A stretch of 64,000 nucleotides of DNA from a virus (IMGVR_UViG_2756170261_000003:1-64000), one strand, 5' to 3'. Positions 38,716 through 50,037 are shown, counted from the first letter of the stretch. The notes: generated by a model not told the origin, from the letters alone. A program made the numbers and translations.

Positions 38716-41700
38716 TTATGCGATTGTGATGCTGTTGCGACGAACGCCATCTGCATGAGTATCAAGCAGGCGATCATAGACCTTGCGGGGAACAACCCAA
38801 GAGTTTTGCGGCGCGGATGGCAGCGAACGGTTGGGGTATTTCCCTCGGAATATAGCCTTGATCCCCATGGAAAGGGCAACGCTCTTGATGGTGTCCTTGA
38901 ATGCCTTGGTGTCACCGATAATCGCCACCAGCTCGTTAGGGTCGCCCCCGCTGGGCTGGGCCGCCGGTTCCTGCGGCTCTGGCACAACTTCCGGTTCAGG
39001 CGGGGTAAGCTGCGCCTCGCGCCGGCGCATCATGGCCGAAAACTGCCATGGCGCAAGCGTGAACCACGCCTCATTCGGGCCGATTTGCATGGCCTTGTAG
39101 TGGCGCGCAAGGAAGTCTTCCGCCAGCGCGTCTATTGCCTCGACGGTATCGACGGCTTCCAGCGCCGCATTGAAGGCCTCGGCGGATGGCGCGCCTATCA
39201 CCCTGTCCAGGGCATTGGCAATGTGCTTGGACGAATCGCGAACTCCAAGGATCTCCGAAGCGGCGACATAGGAAACCTGAACGCCATGGCGGATGGCGTA
39301 GGCCACCAAATCCGAAGCAAGCTGCGGCGAACCCACGTAGCCGCCATCAGACTCTACCGCGTCGGCCTCGAAGATGGCGTAGTTGTCCTGAATCTCAACA
39401 ATCCCGCGCTGTTCGGTGGTGATCCGATCAAGCAACGGATCGCCCTGCGTTTCACCACGGTACAAGTGCGGGAACATCGGCTCGGCAAAGCGGATGGTGC
39501 GCGCCTCGGCCTTCATCTTCGGCCTGGCCTGCAGGGCATCGCGCACATCGGTATTGAACGAGAAATACCCTTGCGCGCCAGAGGTCAGCGCGCCGCCCAT
39601 GCGGGCAATCAGCGCGTCGTCTTCCTTGGCCGCCCGGGCCACGCACGCGCGATAGTCGGCATGCTCTTTGGCAACAATGTTGCCGGTCAGCAGAATGTCG
39701 GCATTGGCCGTGTATTTCCGGCCGCCTTCCACGTCCAGGCGATACGCCTTGTCAGAAGACTCCATGATCCAAAGGTTATCCAGGCGATCAAGCACGAAAT
39801 CACCGGCACCGACAATCTGCCCGCGCACCACGCGCGCCTGCCCGCCCTTGACCTGCTCGATGCGATCATCCTTGACGCCCGCCGGGCCGCACAGCTTGGC
39901 CGCCTTTTCTTCGGATTGCTTGGCGAGTTGCTCGGCTGTCGATATTTCGATTTCCCAGTCTTGCGAGACCGGGCCATCCTCGACCACTTCAAACTTGAGG
40001 CCGTAGTACCTGTTGCCGTTGGCGACGTTCGATACGGAACTGATGACCTGCTCGCGGTCGATGCCCTTCACCTCGTACGAGCCGCGCGTGCGCAGCATCC
40101 AGCTACTTTGGGAAAGGGCTTTTTCCAGCGTGTCGTATGAGCCGCTACCGTCGATACGGATGCTTGCCCGGATAGGTTCGGCCAGCTTTTCGTAAGCGGC
40201 CTTGGCCTTGTTCAGGGCGACTTGCGCCCGAGAAATGCGGCCTTCATCCTCGGCTTTCTCGGCAGCAGCAAGGCGCGCCTCGGCCTTTGTCACCAGCAGG
40301 TAGGTTTCTGCCGCGTCGGCCACACGTTCAGCCAGGAAGCTACCCACGTTGGGGTAACGATCCACGATGGCGCGCTGGGCAATCATGTTCTGCACGTTCG
40401 ATGCCAGCGCTTCCTGTGCGGCCCGGCGGCGCTCTTCGGCTTCGCGCGTGGCGATCCGCTCTTGCACGCGGCGCATGCCTTCTTCGCTCCCGGCGGCCTC
40501 GGCCAGCATTTCAATGTCCTGGCGCGACATGCCGGCGGATACCTGAACCTTGTTGCCCGTGCCGGACATGAGTTCACCGATCCAGTCAGATTTTTTGCTG
40601 ACAATTTGCCGCTTGTACTGGTCAAAGGTGCCGATGGCGTCATAGAAGTAGGCCCGCACCGCGTCAACCACGTTGCCCTGGCGCGCGCCGCGCCCGTTGC
40701 GCTGGTGGATGCTGTCGGGCGTCCAGCCTACCGTCAGGTGGTGGATGGCCTGCGTTCCTTTTTGCAGGTTGATGCCCACCTCGGCCTTTTTGTTGGCGAT
40801 GATGACGCGATAGCGGTTGTCTTCGCCGTTCGCGTTGAAACCGTCCTGAATGTCCTGCATGTCCGCCGGGTCGCGTACGGCCTCGCCGTTGATGATCGAA
40901 ATGGCGCTGGCGCTCACGCCGGCCCGCGTCGTCAACAGCAGTTTCAGCTTATTGTGCAGGCCCAGCATGTCGCAGAAAACAAGCTGCTTGGCCGCGCCGC
41001 CCGCGCTCGGGGTGGCCTGTTCGCGCTGGAAATTCTCCAAGAACGCGGCGATCTTCGGCGGGATCGTGGCATCCAGGCTCAAGCCCAGCTTGTCGGCAAT
41101 CTTGATGAATTCGAGCTGCGTAGAGTACGTTTCCGTGTCGATTACGATCCGGTCGTCGTCAATCTGCGCCGCCACCTTGACCGTCAAAACCTCGTAATCG
41201 TTGTCGCCAGACTTCTTGATGACCCGCTTCACGATGTTTTCGTCTTTCAGAAGCGGGGTGCGCCGGCTGCGCTCTTCGCGTACCGCGCGCTTGTTGAACT
41301 GCTCTACCGCCTTTTTGGCCTTGGTCGCGTCCGTGATCAGGAACACGGTGGACTGGTCGGCAAGCTCGGGGTCAGCGATCAGCTTTGTGACCTTGTTGAT
41401 GAAGTTGAACGGGTGCGCCAGCAGTTCCAGCGTTTCGCCCGTGCGCTCCATTTCGGCGTGGACGGCGGCCTCTTCCTCGGGCAGCACGTCCTTTTCCCGC
41501 TGCATGGCGGACGCGGCAGAGTAAACCGCCTGCAGGCGGCGAAGCTCGGCCATGATGGGCGGCTCGGACAGCGAAACCGGCACCGGCACCGGGTCAATGC
41601 CAGGCACCTTCAAGCCCACTTCCACGGCGGAGCGGATAGTCGCAACTTCGCCCAGGACGTTGCGCAGCAGGGCCGTATTGTTCAGGCCACGGAACACGCG

Positions 41701-44700
41701 GTTCATGCGCTCGACGCCGGCCAGCGACGTGGTGGTTTCTTCGGAAATGTCGCAGAACGCCTCCATGAAGGCATCCGCGCCGCGCACGCCGCCCATCCGG
41801 CGGTTTACCTCGGCCTCGCCAACGGCCAGCGTCAGCATGGAATAGATTTCCAGCGGGCTATTGGTGATCGGCGTGGCCGTCAGGGCCAGCACGCCATCAT
41901 TCAGCTTGCTTTGGCCGCGTATGTACCACGTCTTGATTTGGGCGTCCATGCCACGGTTCGAGACCGTGGGAGCGGACAGGTATTTCGCGCCCTGAAAGTC
42001 GGTGGTGGTCTTGGAATTCTTGTAGGAGTGGGCTTCGTCAATGACGATGGAGTCCACGCCCATGTCTTCGAAGAACGGCACCGCAGCCGATCCCTTGCCC
42101 GCGCCCTGGACGGCCTTTTCAAGCTTGCCCTCGGTCTTGACGGATTCCGACTTGCTGGTAATGCTGCTCGCGTCGAACGATTCATCAACAGTGGTCAGGT
42201 ACTGCGCATAGGACTCGCGGGTTTCCTCGCGCAGCGGGATCATGCTGAACGCTTCCAGCGTCATGTAAATCTTGCGATGCTCGTTGTTCAGGATGGCGTT
42301 CAGGTCGCGCACGTAGTTGGACGAATTGACGGTGGCCGTGCCATCCTCGGCTACGTCCATGCCCACAAAAAGGCAATCGGACGTGTCGGAATAGCAGGCC
42401 ATCGTTTCCTTGCGCCAGTTCGTCAGCGTGGCGTTTGGCACCACAAAGAACGTCTTGCGCTTTACGCCGATGGCGTGAATGTGCTGAACGGCGGTCAGGG
42501 CCGTGAAGGTCTTGCCCAGGCCCACGTCGAAGCCAAGGATGCCGGACATGCGGCGCGCGTACTGGCGGATGGCCGCGTTCTGATAGCCGTGCGGCTGGAA
42601 TGCTGGGTTCAGACCCGGGATTTCCAGCGGGCTTTCATCGTCCGGCTGGCGGAAGTACAGGTTCTCGGGATCTGCAAAGCGGCTGTTCAGTTCCGCCTGG
42701 ATGGCCGGGTTCGCGCGCGCCCAGGCGTCAAACTGCTGGTTGCTCGATGAAATCAGTTCGCGCAGGCGTTCTACGCGGCTACGCTCCACCTCGGGGTCGT
42801 CTTCCTTTTCGGCCTGGGTGGTGCGGGTGCTAAGCGTGCCGTTCTTGATGTAGTCGGCAAACCGGCGCATATTGCGTAGCTGTTCGCTGTTGCGCGCCAG
42901 CTTGCTTTGCGTCTGGTCGAACCGCACCTCGGGGCCGTCAGCGCCGCCCACCAGCAGGGAAAAGCCCGGGTCAACGTACTTGCGCAGGAATTCCACCTTG
43001 CGCGCAATCTCGATGTAGGGCGATGACAGGTTGAAACTCAACTCGCCCACGTCCGTCTTGACCAGCCGGCCCTCGGCGGCCTGGCGCTGGGCTACCAGCT
43101 TGGCGCGCAGGGCTTCATCTTCAACCGCGAGTATTTCGGCATTCGTGCGCGCAAGGAACTCGGCATAGTTGCCGGCGTAGTAGTCGTCTGCCGACATTGC
43201 GCCCTGGCCGTCAGCGGACACGCACCAGTCATCACTGACGAACGGGTCGAAGTCCGCCCCCATGGTTTCGCGCAGCACGGCCAGCGGGATGAAGCCGTTT
43301 TCGTCGGCCTGCTCGTATTTGGCCCGCTCGTACTGCTGGGTAGGCGTGAGCGGCGTGGCCTCCACCTGGGCGGGCGCGGTTCCCGTCCAGCGCGGCGTGA
43401 ATTCATCGCTGCGCACGGTATACACGACGCCCGGGGATAGCAGCTTGAGCGCGTCCTTGATGTTGGACGGTAGCGACTTGGGAAGCTTGCGGGCGGCGCG
43501 CGCGGCCACCTTAATGTCGGCGGTCAGGCCCGGGTAGGATTCTGCGTAGGCGAACGGCTCTTCGCTGGAATGGCTCTGCAGCGCTTCTTGCAGGGCCAGG
43601 GCGGTACGAATGACGCTGTACGCCTGATCCCGCTCGGCCTCGGGGAACTGCGAACGAATGGCGCGCACGGCGGAATTCAGCCATGGCGGGATGCTGTCGT
43701 AATCGGATCGGGCCGCCAGGCCGTCAACCAATGCGCTGGACTCGGCCCAGCCCGTGCGCGAACCAAGCGCGTCCAGGGCGGTCGATACGCGAAGCAGGGT
43801 ATCGGCCTGGGCGGCGTCGCCCTCGGGGGCCTTGACCGCCACAAACGTACCGTCGCGGTACTGGTATGTCACCCCGGCGGACGTAACGGTGTCGCCGTTG
43901 GTGTACGTGATGGCCCGCGTTTCAGCGGCCCCCAGCGCTTCCCAGTTGATGCGGGATTCACCGAAGCGGCGAAGCAGGCGCGATATGTTGCCGATGGAGT
44001 CATCATTGACGACGCGCTCGACCTCGCCCCAGCGGCCCGTACCGATGGCGGTCTCGCCCAGGATGAACCGGCGGCCTTCGTCTTGGAAGTACTTGCCCTC
44101 AAGGAACGGTTCCCATAGGACGTTGGCAGAACGCAGGGCATCCGGGTTCTGCTGCTGCAATTCAGCAATCTTGTCGATGGTGTCATGGTCGAACTTGCGA
44201 AACACCAGCACGTCCGTTACCACGTCAGCGCCGCCGGCCTCGAACATCTTATTGGGCAGGCGGTACGCGCCCATGAATTCGGCTTTGAGCGACGCGGCAA
44301 ACCGCAGCTTCGATTCTTTGGCCCCACGATTGGACACAAAGCCCTTGGAGCAAATGAAGGCGGCCAGCCCACGGGGGCGCAGCTTTTCCAGCGAACGAAG
44401 GATGAAGTAGCCTTCCAGCGATTCATGCTGATAGCGTTCGTCCTTGAATCGTTCCTTGCCGCGCGCGGCCACGTCGCCAAACGGCACGTTCGTTACCACG
44501 GCGTCGTAGATTTCGTCCGGCGTGTTGGCGGCCACGGACTCGAATGCGCTGATTGTGACGTTGTTTTTGGCGTTGATAAGCTGGTTGATCCGCCCGGAGG
44601 TCTGATCCAGTTCGACGGCATCAATTACCGCGCCATCCGGGGCCGTAGCGCCGAATATGCCCGTGCCGGCGCTCGGGTCAAGAACCTTGCCGCCCTCGAA

Positions 44701-45324
44701 TCCCATTTCAGCCAGCAACGACCAAACGCCAACGGCCAGGGGCTTCGGGGTGTAATACTCGTACTGGCTCCCCACCTTGCCATCAGCGCCTGTCATGCCA
44801 CCGCCATTGCCCGAATACTGGGCGAGAATCCGGCGGTGTTCGTCCGTGACTTCGGCAATGGCCCCCATTTCGATCTGCGAAAGCAAATCCATGGCGTCCC
44901 GGTTCGCGCGCTTGCGCTGGGAAGCCTTGATGTCGGGGTTGAACTCGAACAGGGTTGCGGGCGGCGCGTCCGGCTCATTTACAATGGCCGGCGGCTCTTC
45001 CTGGGCTGTGACGGGTTCTGACGGCTGACCATGCTCAAGGGGCGCAGCGGTAGCGCCGTTCAGCTTCTGCACGATTTCACGCATGCGAACGGCCAGCTTC
45101 AATTTCTCCATCAGGTCTGACGGTTCATCGCCAAGCTGGCCCATGCTGCGCAGCAGGCCGGAAAGCTCGCCAGCGAGGCGCAAGGTCTCGATGGAGGGCA
45201 TTCCGCTTACCTTGTCCAGGGCAACGCCAGAAAGCGCCAGCGTTGCCGCCTGGATAATTTCACCGATTGCCGGCGGCTCCTGCATTACTTCTTCGGCTGT
45301 GAGGTCGCCGGCATGTTGCGTCAT
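38716..45324 (-). CDS. darB: DarB-like N6-adenine methyltransferase + SF2 helicase
   Basis: YYTP, VLDPSAGTG, TNVPFG; FDVGLGKT, IDEAH, TATP, QRNGRGARQGN; 2202 aa. Confidence 0.85.
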   Translation of the reverse strand: MTQHAGDLTAEEVMQEPPAIGEIIQAATLALSGVALDKVSGMPSIETLRLAGELSGLLRSMGQLGDEPSDLMEKLKLAVRMREIVQKLNGATAAPLEHGQPSEPVTAQEEPPAIVNEPDAPPATLFEFNPDIKASQRKRANRDAMDLLSQIEMGAIAEVTDEHRRILAQYSGNGGGMTGADGKVGSQYEYYTPKPLAVGVWSLLAEMGFEGGKVLDPSAGTGIFGATAPDGAVIDAVELDQTSGRINQLINAKNNVTISAFESVAANTPDEIYDAVVTNVPFGDVAARGKERFKDERYQHESLEGYFILRSLEKLRPRGLAAFICSKGFVSNRGAKESKLRFAASLKAEFMGAYRLPNKMFEAGGADVVTDVLVFRKFDHDTIDKIAELQQQNPDALRSANVLWEPFLEGKYFQDEGRRFILGETAIGTGRWGEVERVVNDDSIGNISRLLRRFGESRINWEALGAAETRAITYTNGDTVTSAGVTYQYRDGTFVAVKAPEGDAAQADTLLRVSTALDALGSRTGWAESSALVDGLAARSDYDSIPPWLNSAVRAIRSQFPEAERDQAYSVIRTALALQEALQSHSSEEPFAYAESYPGLTADIKVAARAARKLPKSLPSNIKDALKLLSPGVVYTVRSDEFTPRWTGTAPAQVEATPLTPTQQYERAKYEQADENGFIPLAVLRETMGADFDPFVSDDWCVSADGQGAMSADDYYAGNYAEFLARTNAEILAVEDEALRAKLVAQRQAAEGRLVKTDVGELSFNLSSPYIEIARKVEFLRKYVDPGFSLLVGGADGPEVRFDQTQSKLARNSEQLRNMRRFADYIKNGTLSTRTTQAEKEDDPEVERSRVERLRELISSSNQQFDAWARANPAIQAELNSRFADPENLYFRQPDDESPLEIPGLNPAFQPHGYQNAAIRQYARRMSGILGFDVGLGKTFTALTAVQHIHAIGVKRKTFFVVPNATLTNWRKETMACYSDTSDCLFVGMDVAEDGTATVNSSNYVRDLNAILNNEHRKIYMTLEAFSMIPLREETRESYAQYLTTVDESFDASSITSKSESVKTEGKLEKAVQGAGKGSAAVPFFEDMGVDSIVIDEAHSYKNSKTTTDFQGAKYLSAPTVSNRGMDAQIKTWYIRGQSKLNDGVLALTATPITNSPLEIYSMLTLAVGEAEVNRRMGGVRGADAFMEAFCDISEETTTSLAGVERMNRVFRGLNNTALLRNVLGEVATIRSAVEVGLKVPGIDPVPVPVSLSEPPIMAELRRLQAVYSAASAMQREKDVLPEEEAAVHAEMERTGETLELLAHPFNFINKVTKLIADPELADQSTVFLITDATKAKKAVEQFNKRAVREERSRRTPLLKDENIVKRVIKKSGDNDYEVLTVKVAAQIDDDRIVIDTETYSTQLEFIKIADKLGLSLDATIPPKIAAFLENFQREQATPSAGGAAKQLVFCDMLGLHNKLKLLLTTRAGVSASAISIINGEAVRDPADMQDIQDGFNANGEDNRYRVIIANKKAEVGINLQKGTQAIHHLTVGWTPDSIHQRNGRGARQGNVVDAVRAYFYDAIGTFDQYKRQIVSKKSDWIGELMSGTGNKVQVSAGMSRQDIEMLAEAAGSEEGMRRVQERIATREAEERRRAAQEALASNVQNMIAQRAIVDRYPNVGSFLAERVADAAETYLLVTKAEARLAAAEKAEDEGRISRAQVALNKAKAAYEKLAEPIRASIRIDGSGSYDTLEKALSQSSWMLRTRGSYEVKGIDREQVISSVSNVANGNRYYGLKFEVVEDGPVSQDWEIEISTAEQLAKQSEEKAAKLCGPAGVKDDRIEQVKGGQARVVRGQIVGAGDFVLDRLDNLWIMESSDKAYRLDVEGGRKYTANADILLTGNIVAKEHADYRACVARAAKEDDALIARMGGALTSGAQGYFSFNTDVRDALQARPKMKAEARTIRFAEPMFPHLYRGETQGDPLLDRITTEQRGIVEIQDNYAIFEADAVESDGGYVGSPQLASDLVAYAIRHGVQVSYVAASEILGVRDSSKHIANALDRVIGAPSAEAFNAALEAVDTVEAIDALAEDFLARHYKAMQIGPNEAWFTLAPWQFSAMMRRREAQLTPPEPEVVPEPQEPAAQPSGGDPNELVAIIGDTKAFKDTIKSVALSMGIKAIFRGKYPNRSLPSAPQNSWVVPRKVYDRLLDTHADGVRRNSITIA

Positions 45325-45328
45325 TTGG

Positions 45329-48300
45329 TTAGGCTCCAGAAAGGGCGGCGCTGGCCGCTTTGGTCATCTGTGCGATGTAAGCGCGGGTAGCGTCAGCCCA
45401 AAGGGCCTCCATTTCCTGATTACCGGCGTTTTCATTGCGAATGGCCTCAAGCTTCGCAGGTACGTCGCCGTCCAAAGCGTCCGTTTTTCCTTCAATCACA
45501 GCTTGAAGGAACGTTTTCGCCTGACCCTCTCCCGATGCTTCCGCCTGGGGTTCTGCCTGGGCCTCTGCGCGCGCGATCAGAAACGCGGCATAGTCCATGC
45601 CGGTCTTCGTGGTTTGCCGCTCTTCGAGGTATCGCCCGTCTTCCGCCTCCAAGCGTCGGCGGCCATCATGGGAAACGACCTTGTAGCCGTCAGCTACGCG
45701 GCTATCCACCAGCGATTTGCGCGTAATGACAGCCCCGGCACTCTTTACCTGCGCTACGAGCGCCAGCCTTGTCCTCTCGGCGTTCGCGGGCGTCATGCCG
45801 CTGGTGAATTCGGCAATCTCTGCGTTGACCTTATCGGCTTGCTCGGCTGCTCTGGCGTCTCTTTCTGCGCGAAGGCGTCGGGTCTCTTCGGCCTCCGCCT
45901 GCTCTGCCGCATATTCAGGCGTCAGTCGGTATTCGTCCGTCTTGATCGTGTCTTCTATATCGTCCACGCGATACCGGCGAACCTCGCCGCTGCCGTCTCC
46001 CCCAAGGGTCTCAACCTCATACATGTCTCCCGTGGGGTGCTGAATGCGCTGCGCAATACGCTGGCGGCCATACGTTGAATCCCACTCGCGGCCAATGTTG
46101 GGGTCTGCTGGCGTTTCGATCATGGCAATGAGCCAGTCGATCATGCTGGGCGCATCGTCATCGGAATACATGGCCGTGATGCCGCTCGGCGTCTTCACGC
46201 GGTCGCCGCCATCCTCGCCCACGAACACCATGGCCTTGCCGTCGCCGCCCATGTCGATTCGACCGATGACGTTGCCGCCCTTACGGATTTTGCCGACATA
46301 CGACTGTTCGCCCGCCGAATCCAGCGCAGCATCTGGCGTATGCTCTACGATTTCTTCCAACGGTTCGCCATCGGACGCGAAGGTCTGGCCTATCTCGCCT
46401 TCGTCAACGGCGAATTCGGCCAGAATGTCCATGGCTTCACGAATGCTTGCGGCAACGTCTTCCTCAAGCGCCGCCTGTTCGGCATTGCCCTCGGCGGCAT
46501 TGATCGGCGCATTGTTCTCCACCACATCGAGCGCGACTTGAAGCTGGGCCACGGCATGGCCCACATCGTCAAGGACGGTTCCGCCAAAGAATCCCCATTC
46601 GACGCTTGCGCCGTGGCGTTTGGCGGCTTCATCCATGACCCGTGCGGATTGGAATGGCGAATAGTCGGATTCATCCACCGAGGCGCTTAGCCAGGCCTTG
46701 AACTCCTTTGAGGCGTTCTCGAACTGGTAGGCGGCATCAACAGACGCCGCCTTTTCGGCGTCTTCGTCAACCGGGGCGGAAATGTCAGCGCCCACGGCTT
46801 CCAGCGCCTGGCGTAGGCCACCAAAGATAGCGGCATCGCGGAAAAACGCATTGAAGGCCTTGGCGCGCGTAACGGTGCGCAAGGCGTTGCCATTTTTCAT
46901 GCCGTACGTGGTCGCAGCGCCACGCTTGCTTGTGCCGATTTCTTGATAGCCTTCCGCAAACGCATCAATGACGAACTTCTGGCCAGTAACGATGCCGGAA
47001 TCTGTTTGCACCTTCACGCTGTTCAGGAACGCCCATCCGTCCTTCACATTTTCAAGGTCTCGGCTCGCCTTGCGCTCGGCATCCTTGTTGGCTTGAATCT
47101 CTGCGCGCTGTTCAGGCGATATTCCTGCCCATTCGTCAATCTGGCGGGCGCGCTCTTTTTGGGTCTTGCCAAGCTTGATGCCGGTTGATCGGGCAAATAC
47201 CTCTGCGCTGGCCTTGTTTCTGTCGCTACCAACACTGGCAAGAATTCGGCGCAGGTAATCCGCATCCTTGCCGTCAATGGCATTAACAAGGCGCATAATC
47301 CATTCGCTACGCCCGCCCACCTCAATACCATGCTTTCGATATATGGCAATGGCGGCACCGGCCAGCGGCGCGTCATCAGGCAATGCGGCGAGTTCCGCCG
47401 CGCCCGCTTCCTGTAGCTTTTCCTTCGCAATTGCACGAAGGCGGTCAACCAATTCGCGATACGCCTGGTTGGCGGCGCTGTTGGCGGCGTATTCAGGGGT
47501 ATCGTGCAAGATAGACAGGCGGGAATCCCATGACTTGATGCCGGCGGCCTCAAGTGCATCGCGCGCCCGGAATATGTAGCCGTCTTCGCCCCTCGGGTTT
47601 ACGGCATCGCCCAAGCGGCGCTCTTCGGCCTTGGCCTGCTCTGAATCCGCAATCGCCTCAATATCTACCGAAGCCACCAGGGCGTTTATACGCTCGGCCT
47701 CTTTGCCCCATGCCTTGATGTAGGCATCAATAAGCGCCTGGTGCTCATTCTCGGGCGTGTCCGCTGGCGTTTCCTCGGTCTTTTCCCCGGCCGCTTCTGC
47801 CAGTTCGGCAAGCAAGGCATCCGGGTCAATATCGGCAACGCTGGTGGTGTCTTCGGATACAGTGTAGCCAGCCGCGCGCATCCGATTCGCCGTCTCTTCG
47901 GCGTGTTGCGTGAGAACCTTTGCGGTTCCATCCGTCTGCTCTGCAAGCTCGCGCCAGGCATCTTCCCCGGCTTTCGTGTTCGCGTAGAACATCGTGAACA
48001 TTCCGTCCACGGCCCGATACGACAGATCCGTTTTGACCGGCGTTTCGGGCTGATCAAGTTTCAGCGTACCCGGAGCCGCAGCCGATTCTTTGGCCCACGC
48101 CTCGGTTTTCGCGTTGAACTCTTTCGCCGCCTCTGCTGCATCCTTATCGCGGCAATCCATATCGAATACGGTCTCCATGCCTGATTCCAGGGATAGATAC
48201 CGCTGATTGCCGGAATTGAACACGCCAAAGACAATGCGCGATCCGCCCGGATTCAGTTCGCCGCCGGCGGTAGCGCCCCCAACGTCCTTCTGAACCGACA

Positions 48301-49990
48301 GTTCGTTTTCTCGCGTCCAGCCGTGCGCCGTAACCAGCATGCCCAGTATTTGCACCGAGTAGTGCGGCTCTTCGATGGGCGCGAACGTCTGGTCGTTGCT
48401 GAAATCATGCTCACCAACCGCATACCTTGATGCATTGCCAGGCTTAAAGAAGTACGGCACGCCGTCTTTTTCGACGTACACGTTCTCCGCGCCCACTTCG
48501 TCAATGCGCGCCACGCCAAGCGCTTGCAATTTCTCTTGCGTGTCGATTTCGCTGGCCTTAGACCAGTCGATTGCCGGGGCCGCCGCCGGTTCCGGGTCTG
48601 CCCCCATGACGGCGCGCGCAGCATCCTGCGGGCTGCTCTGCTTGACCCATTCAGCATCCACGGCATCGGGATTGACCTCAATTGCGCCCTGCGCATCCGA
48701 ACGGCTCATGCTCCAGCCGCTTTCAATGGCCTCAAGAACCGATTCCTCCCACACGACGCGGGCAGACCGGACGGGGCGGCTTTCGGCGGCGATCTTCGCC
48801 ACTTCCAATTCCCGCTGCGCCTGGGTCAGCTCCGTTTCAAGCTGGGCGATTTCGGTTTTCAATCCCTCGATGGACTGCATGCGGTCGGCCCGTCGGGCGT
48901 TCGCGCGCGCGAAGGCCGCGCTGTTCTTTTCGGCCAGCTTCATGATGCGCCGCGCCACTTCCCGGACATTCAGATCATTGCCGCGCTCGGGGGCAACGAC
49001 AATCGTTATGTCCTTTTTGTTCAGCATCCACTTCCACGACACCAGTTCATCGGTCGGGGCAATGCGCGTGGGCGTTACGTCCGGGTTATGGAAAAACACG
49101 GACACGGTTTGGCCGTCCGAAAGCTCGAACACGGCGGCCACGTTGGCCGTGCCGCGCTGCTTGAACGGCTCGGTAATCTGCAAGGCCGAAGGCTTCACGG
49201 TCTGGCCGGCGCGCTCCATGACGCTGCGAATGATGTTCATCTGGCGCTCAAGGCGCTGGAACGGCACCACAAGCGCGTCCAGGGTCATGACGCTATCGGC
49301 ATCGTCCATAATCTCGGCCACGGTTACGGAGTCAAGCAACAGCCCGCCCGCGTCATTGCGGCGCACGTCATACAGAACGCGATCCAGAGTCACGCCCAGG
49401 GGGGCGGCGTTGTCATCCCATTGAAGTTTGCGGTTCATGTCTTCTAGTCCTTCGAAAGGCAATTGGTCAGCCGATAGCGGGCGGCTCAAGTCGGAATTCT
49501 TGAGCCACCACTTGAATTGAGAAATTGAGCAAGGGATAAGGCTTTTCAGGCCCTTCCAGCCTTTGTCATAGCTACCCAGGTACGCATTGCGCGCAGCCTC
49601 TTCATCGGGGAAGGCAAGCATGACCTTGTGTTCATCGAACCGGCCATCCCAATACTGGTTGATGACATAGACCATTTCGGACTGCGGGTAGTAGCCCACA
49701 AACACGTCCACGGCATCGCCATCAGCGCCCTTGGTTCCGCCCACATACCCGTAATGGGCGGCCATGCGGCTTACCCAGCGCTTGCCGGCATCCGACACGC
49801 CGGTACGGTATGAGTTGCGCGGCTGTTCGATGACGATAGGCAGGCCGTAGAGCGTGAACCGGCCCATCTTGTAGTTGCCCGGCTTCTTTTGTGCGTCGGT
49901 CGGCTCAGGCAGCCGGTTAACGCCGAAAGCGCCTTCATTTGAGGCGCTCTCGATGGTCAGGAATTGGGAGTCTGCGGGTGTCGTAGCCAT
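45329..49990 (-). CDS. darA: DarA-like polyvalent protein with N-terminal inorganic-pyrophosphatase-like domain
   Basis: HYGYVGGTKGADGDAVDVFVG..FDEHKVM; LSDGQTVSVFFHNPD..WKWMLNKKDIT..VAPE; coiled coil. Confidence 0.75.
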   Translation of the reverse strand: MATTPADSQFLTIESASNEGAFGVNRLPEPTDAQKKPGNYKMGRFTLYGLPIVIEQPRNSYRTGVSDAGKRWVSRMAAHYGYVGGTKGADGDAVDVFVGYYPQSEMVYVINQYWDGRFDEHKVMLAFPDEEAARNAYLGSYDKGWKGLKSLIPCSISQFKWWLKNSDLSRPLSADQLPFEGLEDMNRKLQWDDNAAPLGVTLDRVLYDVRRNDAGGLLLDSVTVAEIMDDADSVMTLDALVVPFQRLERQMNIIRSVMERAGQTVKPSALQITEPFKQRGTANVAAVFELSDGQTVSVFFHNPDVTPTRIAPTDELVSWKWMLNKKDITIVVAPERGNDLNVREVARRIMKLAEKNSAAFARANARRADRMQSIEGLKTEIAQLETELTQAQRELEVAKIAAESRPVRSARVVWEESVLEAIESGWSMSRSDAQGAIEVNPDAVDAEWVKQSSPQDAARAVMGADPEPAAAPAIDWSKASEIDTQEKLQALGVARIDEVGAENVYVEKDGVPYFFKPGNASRYAVGEHDFSNDQTFAPIEEPHYSVQILGMLVTAHGWTRENELSVQKDVGGATAGGELNPGGSRIVFGVFNSGNQRYLSLESGMETVFDMDCRDKDAAEAAKEFNAKTEAWAKESAAAPGTLKLDQPETPVKTDLSYRAVDGMFTMFYANTKAGEDAWRELAEQTDGTAKVLTQHAEETANRMRAAGYTVSEDTTSVADIDPDALLAELAEAAGEKTEETPADTPENEHQALIDAYIKAWGKEAERINALVASVDIEAIADSEQAKAEERRLGDAVNPRGEDGYIFRARDALEAAGIKSWDSRLSILHDTPEYAANSAANQAYRELVDRLRAIAKEKLQEAGAAELAALPDDAPLAGAAIAIYRKHGIEVGGRSEWIMRLVNAIDGKDADYLRRILASVGSDRNKASAEVFARSTGIKLGKTQKERARQIDEWAGISPEQRAEIQANKDAERKASRDLENVKDGWAFLNSVKVQTDSGIVTGQKFVIDAFAEGYQEIGTSKRGAATTYGMKNGNALRTVTRAKAFNAFFRDAAIFGGLRQALEAVGADISAPVDEDAEKAASVDAAYQFENASKEFKAWLSASVDESDYSPFQSARVMDEAAKRHGASVEWGFFGGTVLDDVGHAVAQLQVALDVVENNAPINAAEGNAEQAALEEDVAASIREAMDILAEFAVDEGEIGQTFASDGEPLEEIVEHTPDAALDSAGEQSYVGKIRKGGNVIGRIDMGGDGKAMVFVGEDGGDRVKTPSGITAMYSDDDAPSMIDWLIAMIETPADPNIGREWDSTYGRQRIAQRIQHPTGDMYEVETLGGDGSGEVRRYRVDDIEDTIKTDEYRLTPEYAAEQAEAEETRRLRAERDARAAEQADKVNAEIAEFTSGMTPANAERTRLALVAQVKSAGAVITRKSLVDSRVADGYKVVSHDGRRRLEAEDGRYLEERQTTKTGMDYAAFLIARAEAQAEPQAEASGEGQAKTFLQAVIEGKTDALDGDVPAKLEAIRNENAGNQEMEALWADATRAYIAQMTKAASAALSGA

Positions 49991-49996
49991 AGCAGA

Positions 49997-50037
49997 ATCG
50001 TATGGCCCTGCACCCGCAGGAAAGGGGTACGTTTTCC
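49997..50037 (-). promoter_or_regulatory. Putative late promoter GGAAAA-N29-TACGAT
   Basis: Copy 3; upstream of darA. Confidence 0.7.

Noticed and set aside
45450-45490. GGAAAA-N29-GAAGCT inside the darA 3' end, upstream of darB
   Set aside because: Poor -10 box and within coding sequence; could be chance.
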